This document shows, piece by piece, positions 40,901 through 53,090 of a stretch of DNA of 64,000 nt (positions are counted from its first letter, which is position 1; every line of letters starts with the position of its first letter). The notes under the pieces are model-generated. The model saw nothing but the letters and a program-made list of their open reading frames with translations. It was not told where the DNA came from and did no database searches. The stretch comes from Callorhinchus milii (Eukaryota). Made by a program: the position numbers and the translations under genes. The stretch spans positions 59,894,001 to 59,958,000 of the forward strand of contig NW_024704742.1 of assembly GCF_018977255.1 (NCBI RefSeq), read 5' to 3'.

Positions 40901-42099
40901 AGGGTTTAAAACATGCAATTGTGAACCAAAGTGCACTGCAGCCTGGCTGCTTGCATTGCTCTTAGTAGGTGGTTTCACCAATTTGCATCACTGAAATATA
41001 AATATAGGGTGGCAGTGATATTTCTGCTCAAAATAGTCCTTTAAGAGCTCTGGTAAGGTTCACTGGACTGAAGAACTTCAAAGTGTAAATGTCAATGTTA
41101 TTAAACATAATAAGTTTAATTATATAAAAAGCTAAGTAGCAGAACATAGGTTAGAAAGATTTAGTGTCTGGAGCTGTGCTCAACCCCATAGCAAACACAA
41201 TGGAAGAAAGATATTAGTCAGATTTCCTGTTTCAAATTGCTGTGCTCCTGCATTTCTTCCAGTGATAAAACAGGCACAAGGGAACATTTCGATAGAGATG
41301 TTTTCGAGGATCAATGACAAGAGTTTTAAATATATTCTTTGCATCGGTTTTTACAAACAATTTTTCTGGACAAATAGCAGAATAGCTGGACATTTTGAAA
41401 TAGGAAACAAAAAAAATATAGGATGGAATCAAAGGTAAGGGGAGTGAAGAAAGTCAAATAATTGAATGTTTACAAGATACCTGGGCCAAGAAGGCACATG
41501 CTAGATACTGTCAATAAACCAAACAAAAAAATGATTCAAGAAATAAGAATTACATTACAGCTGGAGGCTTAGATTTGAATTGCCAAGCTCAAAATTCTCT
41601 GCAGTCCAATTGAATGATGTAAAAATAGGCTTCTGCATAACTCAGCTGGTATCCTGTTAAAGCAATTACTGATGGTACCTGTAAGTTAATAAACTTGCAC
41701 AAATATACATAGAATGTACAGGATGGAAACAGGCCATTCAGCCCAACCAGTCCATGTCGAGGCTTATACTCCCACTGCTTACTTCCCCCTATACCCTTTT
41801 ATTCCCCTCTCCCTCATGTGTATATCAAGCTTCCTCATAAATGCATCTATACTATCTAATTCAGCAACCACTTTAGGCAGCGAGATTTTTTATTAGACAT
41901 AGCCGCTTGCTCCCAAAACAAAGTTGTTGGCCAAAATGTTTTAGAAAAAGCTTCTTCAGCCTGCCCTAGACTAATGCACTCAGTCTGTCTAGAATTATAT
42001 GGTTTGAAACTACTTTGGCATTTCGTGAGAGATCTGATTTAATGTTATCACATTAAACTTAGCATTCTGTGGGACCTCACTTTTATTGTTCCAATCCTA

Positions 42100-42975
42100 A
42101 TTGCTCCATCAGCTACACTTTGTTTTGTCAAATGGATTCTCCTCTCGCCCTGCATGGTCTCCCTATACCTCAGGTTCTATTCTCAGTCCCTTCTTAACAA
42201 GCTCCCGCTTGGTGACATCATCTGCGGAAACCGGGTTAATTTCCACATGTATGCTAATGTCATCCAAATCTAACCCTCTGCTTCCACTCTTGATGTTCTG
42301 TCCACTAATTGTCAGTCATTGAGTCCTGAATGGATCCTGACTTACTTCGGCTCAACATTGACAAAGCAGCTTCTATAAACGCCCCTTGTCTCTGTCTCCA
42401 ATTACTGATTAATGTGTCCACAGCTCTTAATCACTGTGACGTTCCTTACCTGCACACTCAACTCCTCCAATATCTTCCTCACGGGTCTCCTCATCACTAC
42501 CATCCACAAGCTCCAATTCATCTAAAATTAGGCCACTCAACCTCTTACCCACACTAAACTTTGCTGGTCATTAACTCTGTTCTCACCATGTTCCATTGGC
42601 GCCACTTTTCCCAGCAGATGATATTCAGATATTCATGGTTATCTTCACATTCCTATGTGCCTTTGCCTCTCTCTACCACCTGGTGTTTTCCATCCCACTA
42701 GGCTCCTCCGCTTGGCAAGCTCAAGCCTGTTAAGTGTTTCACTTCCTCCACTTCCCCTTCCACCTCACTCTTGGTGGCCCAGCCTTCATCTGCACTACCA
42801 CAACACTCGCCTTAATCTCGCCCTGCTCTCTATCTCTTTTAAAAGCTATCAGAAAATCTTTTGACCATGCCTACAGTTAACTCCCTCCTCCACCCCCAAC
42901 TCGATATCCAGCACTCTCTGTGTAAAGCACATTACACTACATGAAAGGAAGACACTAGATATGTGTATGTTGTTA
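42100..42975 (+). mobile_element. Old, deleted L2 LINE ORF2/3' fragment
   Basis: Degenerate counterparts of the PQGS..P / FHMYADD region and an L2 tail. Confidence 0.7.
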
Positions 42976-43544
42976 TTTGAAAACGATATTATTATAACAT
43001 AACATTATAATGTGTGTCAACCTAGTTAAGTTCGTTAGCACTCTGAGTCAGAAGGTTGTGGGTTCATGCCTTACGTTAGAACTTCGAACACACATGTAGT
43101 CCAAGCTGATATTCCAGTACAGTGCCAGGATTGTATTGTTGGAGGTGTTGTCCTTCGGATAAGATATTAAACCAAGCCCCATCCTGGCCAACATTCCTCA
43201 GATAAATGTGATCAACTGATCATTCACTTCATGGCTGTTTGTGGGACATTGCAGTGTGCAAATTGGCTGCTGCATTTGCTTACAAATACAGTCACTACAC
43301 TTCAAACAAAAATCCTATGAAGTTCTTTGAGATATGACATGACAAGGTGCGAAATATCAAATATAAGCATTATTCAACTATTTATAACACATATACTGTT
43401 TGTAGGATACTGTTGTGTGCAATTGGCTGCTGTGTTTTGCCCACAAAATGTATAGTCAATTCACTTTCAATGTATTCCGTGTAGCACTTTGAGAAGCCTC
43501 AAAGTTGTGATAAGGAGCTATAATATCAAATGCAAGGATTATTA

Positions 43545-44935
43545 ATGTAATGTAAAAATTTCCTGATAAGCTTTGATATTATGGCAAGATATCAATATCC
43601 TGCAATAGTCTCTTGCCCACATGTTGTCCAATGCGAAGCTGTTACGTTGTGTTAGCTTTGCATCTTTACAAAGAGCACAGACACTGACATACAGCAGAGG
43701 TTCACATAGCTCTAGGTGACATTCCACAAACAAGATACTTGCATGGAAATAGAATTCTATTTATATCACACATCCGTAGTGTAGTTTTCCTCCATCAATT
43801 ACTCACAAGGAAAGTTTCTAGAATCTGTACCGCAATCCAAATCTTTGAACAAAGCTTATCAGGAAACAGGTGACACGAGTTGGGAGAAATGCTATGACAG
43901 AAAAATATTATTAATATTTAAATTATTAAATTAACATTTTAATTATTTTTAATTATTTTAAATTATTAGTTAACACTTCAATAAGTTTGTCTCCTCTAAA
44001 ATGCTAGTATACATTTTATACATTTTAAGCGGTGTCAGCTAACATCGGACAACTCTTAAATTGGACAAAATATCCATCCCTTATGCGTCCGGCTTAACCG
44101 GCTTCCACAGTATTTGCAATTCTGCTGCACAATAACAGGTAAGTTGGTTTTAGCTGAACAAGCAGAGGGGATGCTTGCCAAACAGTGCTTTCAATGGCTA
44201 CGTGGTTTTAGCTAGATAGACTCCTGCAGTACCCGAACGCACACTCTGGGGTCCCCAAGCCTTGGCTTTTGCCAACCTTACCTATTACTCCGAAATTAGG
44301 CAAGCAGGATGTGTCCCTACAAGCAGAGCGTGCACATTTCATTCCAATAAATATCTCAGGAATTTTCATGTGTATGTGGGATCCATGGAAATCTTAGTTT
44401 GAAAGCAAACATTGAAGCACATGGTAATGACCAAATGACCAAAACAATTATAAATTAAAACTTTTTTAAAATTCAATTAAAAAAACCATTTTGGAAAATA
44501 TCAAATTCATGATTGAAGTAGCACAATGTCAGATTTTTTTTCCAGCTGAACAAGTTTCTTGGTTCCTTATTATGGTGCATTGCAGTTCTGTAAAAGCAAT
44601 TCTGAATATTTTACATAATTGTATGGTATCTTCAGCATTCTCTTCTTACTGAAGTGAATTTTTTGAGAAAGTTAATAATAATGTATCCTCAGTTTGTATT
44701 CATTGCCAATGTTGGAGTTTTTTTTGGATCAAACTACTTAAACTGACTAACAAACATAGTCGTGCATTAGGGAAAAGGACATGTTTAATATCATAAATAA
44801 TACAATATCTGTACTCATCAGACCAGTAAATTTCCTGGGCTACATGTTGTGCCAACGTGAATTCTTATAGCCATTATGTTGAACCATATCAATCCAATAG
44901 TGAACCATACAAAACCGTAAAAAGTAAGGAACATA
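43545..44935 (-). pseudogene. Possible 5' part of a viral F gene (copy D)
   Basis: Signal-peptide-like MFLTFYGFVWFTIGLIW then YCIIYDIKHVLFPN..C directly downstream of the M fossil. Weak motif support. Confidence 0.3.
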
Positions 44936-44999
44936 TACAAGCGTTTATTTTATAAGGTTTCCAATAATGAAAGGAAAGTCTATATAATAACCACACAAG

Positions 45000-45730
45000 C
45001 TCTTCCACAAACACTTTACTTCCTCCTTACTTCTCTATTCTAGGATTGTTTTTCTCCAGAGTACAGAGTGAACCATATGACTCATTCAATTAAATACCTT
45101 AGATTCTACAGATTTTTTTCAGATATCCTGTGTAACGTTTATGTACTTGATGGCGTTATATTGAGGTATCCCTGGTGTAACTCCAATGTTCCCAGTCATG
45201 AATGGGAAGATCAAATGCCTCATGCTTTGATGCCATTCAGCATGAACATTCAGAAACGATTCCCAGTGCAAACCATCTTAACCACTCACTGAACCCATCC
45301 TGTCCAACCGCATATTGCAATGTTATTTCCAGCAATTAACACTAAACAGAATAAAGCAGTGACTAACATATTCTAATCAATTGCAGACTTCGGTGATTGA
45401 ACTAATAAGCAAAAGTGACAAGCAGTTGAAGGGCAAGAAAGACAGATATGGTACTTAGCTTTGAATGTTTTTCTTATATATTGCTTCAGTTGAAAGTCTT
45501 GTCATATAAAAGAACCAGAGAGACATTAAAACTAATTAAAATCTTCTACATCACATTCTTACTGCTTCAGGAATGCATGCTTTCTGCTTGTGAGGGATAC
45601 TATCACACTGAAATGATTCCTGACATAATTGCCAATCGATATCAAATCATTATCTCATTTGCTAAAACAGATGATGAAAGCAACATATTAATTGCTAACA
45701 TGACCTTTTTGAGATAAAATGTATTTCAAA
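45000..45730 (-). pseudogene. Endogenous viral element: paramyxovirus-type matrix (M) gene C-terminal half (copy D)
   Basis: HCNMRLDRMGSVSG*DGL starting at 45322 (~YCKMKIEKMGLVFALGGI), preceded by LIAGN (~VHIGN). Confidence 0.6.
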
Positions 45731-45756
45731 TTCCAATGATAACCAGAATTGAAACA

Positions 45757-47286
45757 CAACAACAACAAGATTCCATTTATAAAGCGCCTTTCACGTCGGG
45801 AGTATGTCCAAAGGCGCTGTACAGTTGGGTCAGGACCCGAGCAGGGGGGAAATGGTCAGGGTGAGGGGGCGGAAGGGAGGGAGTGAGGAGGGGTAGAGAG
45901 TCGAGAGGGGAGCTGAAGGCACGGTCAAAGAGAAAGGTCTTGAGACCGGCCTTGAAGGAGGAAAGGGAGGAGGCGGCGAAGGCACTGGGGGATAGAGTTC
46001 CAGAGCCTCGGGGCTGAGAGGCTGAAGGCCCGGCCACCGATGGTAGGGCGGTTGGGACGGGGGATGTGGAGCAGACCGGAGCCAGAGGAACGGAGGGTAC
46101 GGGCAGGTAGGTAGAGGGATAGTAGGTCGGAGAGGTAGGAGGGAGCGAGGCCGTGAATGGCCTTGTAGGTGAGGATGAGGATCTTGAAATCGATCCTCTG
46201 GGGGATGGGGAGCCAGTGGAGGTGAGCGAGGGTGGGAGTGATGTGGTCCTGGTGCGGGACAGTACACGAGCTGCAGAGTTCTGAATGACCTGCAGCTTGT
46301 GGAGGGAGGTGCCGGGAAGACCGGCGAGGAGAGAGTTCCCATAGTCCAGCCTTGAGGTGATAAAGGCGTGGACCAGAGTTTCAGCAGCGTGAGGGGTGAG
46401 GTAGTGCGTTGTCTGGCGACATTCCTGGAGGTGATGGATGGCGGTGCCAGTTGTGGCGCAGATATGAGGGAGAAAGGACAGCTCAGGGTCGAACAGAACC
46501 CCGAGGTTCCTGACCGGCTTTGAGAGGTGGAGAGTGCAGCCTTGGATGCTGATGCTGTCAGCGCCTGAGGTGCGGAGGCGCTGACGTGAGCCAATCAGGA
46601 GGGCCTCAGTTTTGCCCACGTTGAGCTAAAGAAAGTTGTCACTCGTCCAGGACTCGATGTCGGACAGGCAGGCTGTCAGGACATCGGTGGCCGTGGAGTT
46701 GAGGGTAGAGGAGGAGAGGTAGAGTTGGGTGTCATCCGCATACATGTGGAAGTTAACCCCATGTCTGCGGATGATGTCACCAAGGGGGAGCATATAGAGG
46801 GTGAAGAGGAGGGGACCGAGGACAGAGCCCTGAGGGACACCGCACGAGACAGTGCGGGGGCTGGAGGAAAAACATTCGTGGAAACAAAGTGAAGACGGTG
46901 GAAGAGGTACGACCTGAACCACTCAAGGACAGGGCCTTGAAGGTTGAGTTGGGAGGACAACCAGTGGAGGAGGATAGTGTGGTCGACCCTATCGAATGCT
47001 GCCGATAGGTCGAAGAGGACAAGGAGGCAGAAGGAGCCCTGGTCACAGATGGTCAGGATGTCATTGGTGACCTTGACCAGGGCAGTTTCTGGGCTATGGG
47101 CAGCACGGAAACCCGACTGAAGGGGTGGAGAGGAAAGAGCATAGCTGGGAGGCGACAACTCGTTCCAGGACCTTGGACAGGAAGGGGAGGTTGGAGATGG
47201 GCCGGTAGCTTGATAGCTGCAACGCATCAAGGGAGGGTTTTTTCAAGGTGGGAGTGATGGTGGCAGTTTTTAAGGGAATGGGAACA
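45757..47286 (-). mobile_element. Young L2 LINE, 5'-truncated, frameshifted RT domain plus 3' UTR
   Basis: [56 protein letters not shown]; (GTT)n tail at 45757. Confidence 0.97.
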
Positions 47287-47322
47287 GGTTTAATACAAAG
47301 GTTTAATACATCAAAAACATTA

Positions 47323-47670
47323 TTATTAATAATATTAGCCCTTGCATGATATAGCACCTTATCACGTCGTTGAGACATCTCAAATCCCTTCACTGAATAT
47401 ATTGTAAAGTGAATTTAATATGTTTTGTGGGCAAAATGTGGCAGTCAATTGTGCACAGTCATGGATTGAATGACCCAAATTTTTTTTGAAGGATTATTAT
47501 CTCAAGAAAGTGATCCGCCAATTGACAACAACTGAGTTCCTACTCAAGTAAACAAAGTAAACAAAGGTGTGTGGAGGAAGGAAACTTGCCTAAGGTTTCG
47601 CCCCAACTGGGAATCAAACCCAGGTCCTCTCGTTTGTGAGGCAAGCGTGCTATCCAGTATGCTATGGGAC
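47323..47670 (-). mobile_element. tRNA-derived SINE, long subfamily
   Basis: Family match. Confidence 0.9.
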
Positions 47671-50600
47671 ACCACAGATGATGGAAAATAAAAACAATAC
47701 TACTAGTGTTGTTCGATGCAAGCATCCACATAAGATGCAATTAATTCCACAAGTCTTAAAACAAGATTTTATTTTCCTGGAAAACCTGGATGAAGAGCAA
47801 AGACTTTTAGTGCGCGATACCACTATTGTTGAAAATAGTGTGTTATTTTCTTAATTTCTTAATAAGTTGCCTTGGTTCTAGCTTTTGGATCAGAAGGTTC
47901 AAGCCACACATTGGGATTTGAACTTATGAAACCTTATCGGAATCTCAGTACTCTGAAGTGCTAAAGGTGCACTGAGTGCAGTTTTGCAGATTCTGCCTTT
48001 TGTATGAGGTGATAAACTAAGGTTTCCATCTGTTGGTTATTGAGGTGTCTAAATAACAGGCCATTTAAGGACTTATCATGATATATCTTGAAAACAGAAA
48101 AAAAAGTGGCGGAGGGATCCTGGAGTTATGGAAAGAGTGGAAAAAATCTCAAAGAACACAATGATGCTGAGTGAAATTCAGACATGCAGCAAATCAGATT
48201 CTGGAGAAATTGAGTAAGGAATGGTAAGACCTCAGAGGCAATGGAACTCATGGAAAGAAGGTAGTTAAGCACATGGTAGATGAGGGAGAAAAGATGGAGA
48301 GATGGAATGGGTACCAAACAAGACAAAATATTTTCTAAATTATGAAAAATCATGAGGTTAATTATAACAGCAGATTTATAAATTCATATTAATTACTCTA
48401 TTATCACTCAGCTCCTGTTAACACTGCAAGCCAAATCTCTAATGGGTAGCAAAGAAGTGGGTAGGTTGGTCCTAGCTGAAAAAGCAGCGGAAAAGCTTGG
48501 TAGACAAACTGTGCCAAATACTTGGAAATGAGCTAAACAGGATGAGGGAGAGAATATGTATTCCATTCCAAAACAAGGTAATTTTGATGTATAGGGGATG
48601 CATAGAATTCTCAGTTTGGCATGGGTTCCCGCATGTGTCAAATACTGGGCTGACCCCAAAATAATCCTTACAATTGATATAGCAGCTTTCACATCGGGAG
48701 GATAGCTCAAAGCATTTACGCCAATTTTATTGGAAAGTGTAGTAAAGTGTAGTGTAGGTGAATGCAACATCCAATTTGCACTCAGCCATGAAGTGAATGC
48801 AATGTGTCTTCAGATAGAATTCATCAAATAATATAACTACTTAGCAGCCAAAAAAAACTGGTAGCTATTACTAAAAAAGCATTTTGTTGCTATCGTTCTA
48901 AGTATTTCAGTACCATCATCAGCACATTTCATTTTAAAGGTAATCGTATTAAGGTTCCTTCTTTCCTGATGGCATACCCTGCCTACATCATCATGTTTTA
49001 CAGCCTTTAGACAACTCATTAGTCAGGCATTTCCTGATTGATGTTCCTTTAGCAATTTCAATACTGAAATTACTGTAAAGTACAAAACGAAGAAATAAAT
49101 TAATATATAAGCTCTCTTGAATAACTTATTAAATATTTCATAGGACATTTAGAATCATTCAGGAATCTCATCAAAGATTCATTTTTTTATGAAACATGTA
49201 CACTTGCTCCTTGCAATATGGGGATCTAGATAGAGAAATACATGTGGAAGTCAAACAGGGTGTAGGAAATTGTGGAACGTGTATTGCCCTCCAACTGTTG
49301 AGCAACTTCACTTGAGAATTTTATTTATGCTTAATATTTATTGAATCTTTAAATATTTCCTGCATTTATTCTATTTTGTTGCAAAACATTGAAATATACA
49401 TCCATTTTGTAGAAATTCCTCATGTACCAAAATCTAAACTCTTTTGCAAAGCAACACAGGAATTTATACACCAACACTCTGAGGAAAAATAAATATAACT
49501 TAATTCAGATTTTGAAATGCGCAATGCAAATGTTCATAAATAATACAGATATGAAATGTTGGGGTAAGATATGTACACTGAAATAACTATTACGGATTAT
49601 ACACTCAATGCGCTACTTCCAGGTGCTTTGACAACTCGTACATCACAGTGACCGGTATAGAGTGCTCAGAAGCATGATCTGACCAGAATGCTACATAGCT
49701 ATTCCATGACTTTTGGGTATCCCAATTGGTTTTGCAATGAAGCCCAGCAGCTTGTTTTCTTTGATTTCTTTTCTATGCTCTGGAGTTTGTGGAGTGTAGA
49801 GCTGGACTTTGGAGAAGCTAAGTCCAGAGGTAATGAAGGCATAGTTGAGAGTTGTGGCTGTGTTGGGGATAAGGTCGTGATGGAGGAGGGAGATGTTACC
49901 AAGGTGGAGGAAAGAAACTTAGTCAGGGGCTGGATGAAAGACTTCAAGTAGTGGTGAGGGTTAAACAAAATCCCAAGAAGGGAAAGTACAATTGGCAACT
50001 CCGACACATGTATTAAGAAACATGTTACTCTATTGATGTATCATCACTTTGATTGGCTCTTGGTGGGAGTAAATAGCAGAAGCCATATATAGGCTTCACA
50101 AACATTGTAACAACAAAGGTTTCAAAATTTAAAATGCATTTATGAAGAGACTTGCCTTTGGCATTTATGGACATCAGCATGATTTGCATAAATATCATGA
50201 AGTTATTGATGTGTGTTAAAGTTTGTGAGTTGTAACCTAATGCACCCATCGGTGCTTACTTCAGGATGGAAGAACAACAGGGGCTCATTTGCTTAATAGA
50301 GCATTTCAAAATATCTTCTGAAAGGTGTCTGAGCTAGCCAACAGTGACTCAATCTCAACTCCAATTATATGAATTTGGTCCTACTTGATATATTAAAGAA
50401 CGATGAATCAGTGCTGAGTCAAGCCAGAATTAATGAACTGTTTTCCAACCAGTACTTCTTATTATGTGCAGGACCACTAGCTCCCGTCTCTCAAGAATTG
50501 CCAAATGGTCGTACGTGCACCAAGTTTTAAGAAGATTTTTTTNACTACGTTTTGTTTTGACCTTGCTACTTACAGATTGTTTCTCATATTTCCCAGATGT

Positions 50601-51052
50601 TCTGTGCAATTCTGCCCAGGGAACAAAAAGATAATGAGGTGAAAATTGAAACATATGAGAAATACCACATCCTTGATAATTGCTGTCAATGAGACGAGTC
50701 GATAATACTTGTAGCTCCCACATCCCATCTTCTCCTCTATTGATTCTGTTCACAATAATTCAGCAGTGGACTTTGGGCTTGTTGGCCTAATCAAGGCATC
50801 AGAGTGCTGAGTAACAAGATATCGCATTATTTTCTGTGCTTTTATTTGTTGAACTAAAACTTATATCCCGTCAATTACCACTCCAATGCTATGCTTTGCC
50901 AACTAATGCTTCCTGCAGATAACTGTGAGCCCAACCATTGTGATGGTTTCAGGAAAGAAGAGTGCCACCTGTAACCAGTGTTTTTTTCAACTGTTCTTGT
51001 ATTGATTGATGATGTGATTATTATCACTGGTGATGCCACAATTTCCATCCTT

Positions 51053-51368
51053 AATAATAATAATCCTTGCATTTGATATAGCGCTTTTCACGTCGGGAGG
51101 ATGTCCCAAAGTGCTTCACAGAACACACTGTAAAGTGAATTGACTGTATATTTGTGGGCGAATGCGGCAGCCAATTGCGCACAGCAATGTTCCACAAACA
51201 GTCGTAGATTGAAAATGACCAATTTAATTATTGTTTTTAGTTTTTGGAGGGATTATTATTAGGTGTGTGGAGTAAGGAAACTTGCCCAAGGTTTCACCCT
51301 CTGCCTGGAATTGAACTCAGGTCTCTCACTTGCAAAGCGAGTGCTCTAACCACTGAGCTACAGACTCC
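51053..51368 (-). mobile_element. Full-length tRNA-derived SINE
   Basis: Family match. Confidence 0.95.
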
Positions 51369-52759
51369 ACAAAGAATGACAATGAAACAATTGAATATTT
51401 TAAGACAAAGATACAATAGCAACATAAAAACAAAGCCGAGAATAAAACGAATGGGAGTAATACAGATCATTCTCAAGATTTGACATTCTCAATCTTAGGC
51501 TTCCTTACTTTTGATGTAATTTGCTCCATTCTCAATGTTTAAGACAGTTGAGAAACGAGGGCAATAAAAAAAATGGTGAGAAAACTGAAGAGATGCTGGG
51601 ACTTAGAACGAAAATATACATTTCAAAAGTCTAGTGATTGCATTTGCAGTTCACTTGCAAATACCGTCACTACACTTTTCAAAAAGTTGGAAAGCACTTT
51701 GAAGCTATTAAAATAATAATAATCCTTGCATTTGATTTAGCACCTTATCACATTGTTGAGATGTCTAAAAGTGCTTCACAGACTATACTTAAATTGAATT
51801 GACTCTACATTGTAGGCAAAATGTGGCAGCCAACTGTGCATAACAGTGTCCCACAAATAGTCAAATTGAGCCACCAAACTATTATTTATTTGTTTATTTT
51901 TGTTGTTCCAAATGTAATAGGTGCATTATTAAATCCAAGGATTATTATTATTTTCTCAGTCCTATACAATTTTAAACAAAGTCCATTTAGAAGGGCAGTA
52001 TATATATTCTTACACAGCACATACAAACTCAAGTTCCAAAGTTGACTTCAGTTTGAAAAATAACTCCAATCTAAATTCAGCAAGCACTGGTTAGCAAAGG
52101 AAATGATTTTGCTTTTGCAATAGACCTATGACAACTTGTCAAGGTATTCCTTGTTTTCATTGGACTACTCCCAGGACACCACTTTAAACTTTTAAAAATA
52201 CATTACAACTTGCCAGATCCATTTGACAAATATCAGTATTAAAGAAGTAATGGGCCATTTATTTCACAATGATTCTTTAAAGCACTTGACAGTACAGCTA
52301 TTGTAATGTGATAACATATCTACTCTGTTACATTTACAACAGTAAATTATCACACAACTTGGTTGTGTGAGCTGAGGGATTAAAAATGATGTGTGATTTG
52401 GTAATGCTTTATGGAAAATCTTTCACATTCAATTTATTGATTTATTATCCCACAAAGCTAAAATTGGGGATTAAAAACATGCCAGGCTTGTTTGTTGAAA
52501 AGAACTGAACAGAGATCATTTTGTGGAATTTGCAATGTTTCAAACAGGATTCTTTCACATAGAAGTCATCAAATAATATAACTAAACCTCCCAGTAGTAT
52601 AAGCACTTCAACCCATGTGGCCCCCCATCTGGTGTACCCTGATACATTACGGGTTTTGATGTGATCGACTTGTAGTTGCTGCAACAAAGCCTATTAGAAA
52701 TCAATGCAAATCATCCCTCCATGTTAGGTTGTTATGTAAGGGTTATAGATATATACTGT

Positions 52760-53090
52760 GGAGTCCTGTAGCTCAGTGGTTAGAGCACTCGCTTTGCAAG
52801 CGAGAGACCTGAGTTCAATTCCAGGCAGGGCGAAACCTTGGGCAAGTTTCCTTACTCCACACGCCTAATAATAATCCCTACAAAACACCAAAAACAATAA
52901 TAAATTGGTCAATTTCAATCTACGACTGTTTGTGGGACATTGCTGTGCACAATTGGCTGCCGCGTTTGCCCAAAAATATACAGTCAATTCACTTTACAGT
53001 GTGCTCTGTTAAGTGCTTTGGGACGTCCTCCTGACGTGTAAAGCGCTATATCAAATGCAAGGATTATTATTATATTATTATTATTATTAT
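52760..53090 (+). mobile_element. Full-length tRNA-derived SINE
   Basis: Family match, flanked by ATATAT. Confidence 0.95.

Larger units (their letters stand above)
27400..41430 (+). pseudogene. Endogenous viral element: near full-length Mononegavirales L gene, decayed and TE-split (copy B)
   Basis: FDCF..FTIKDKEI 29964-29987; PKQRKLKYSGLIY 30662-30700 (~PKERELK..GR.F); GI..CCQV*T 31220-31248 (motif B, ~GIEG.CQK.WT); VTAITQRDYP 31305-31334 (motif C; RDYP is G-D-N-Q with single-base changes); MIGLSI ~31419; FVPR 32995-33006; NLYHHL 34303-34320 (~NLxHRL); PHLRGSG*CI ~34448-34477; MTase-like FACDDEG ~40006-40026 and GDLT 40242. Both ends are approximate. Confidence 0.75.

Noticed and set aside
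45777..46619. Longest ORF (280 aa) as a host gene
   Set aside because: It is a frameshifted L2 ORF2 fragment.
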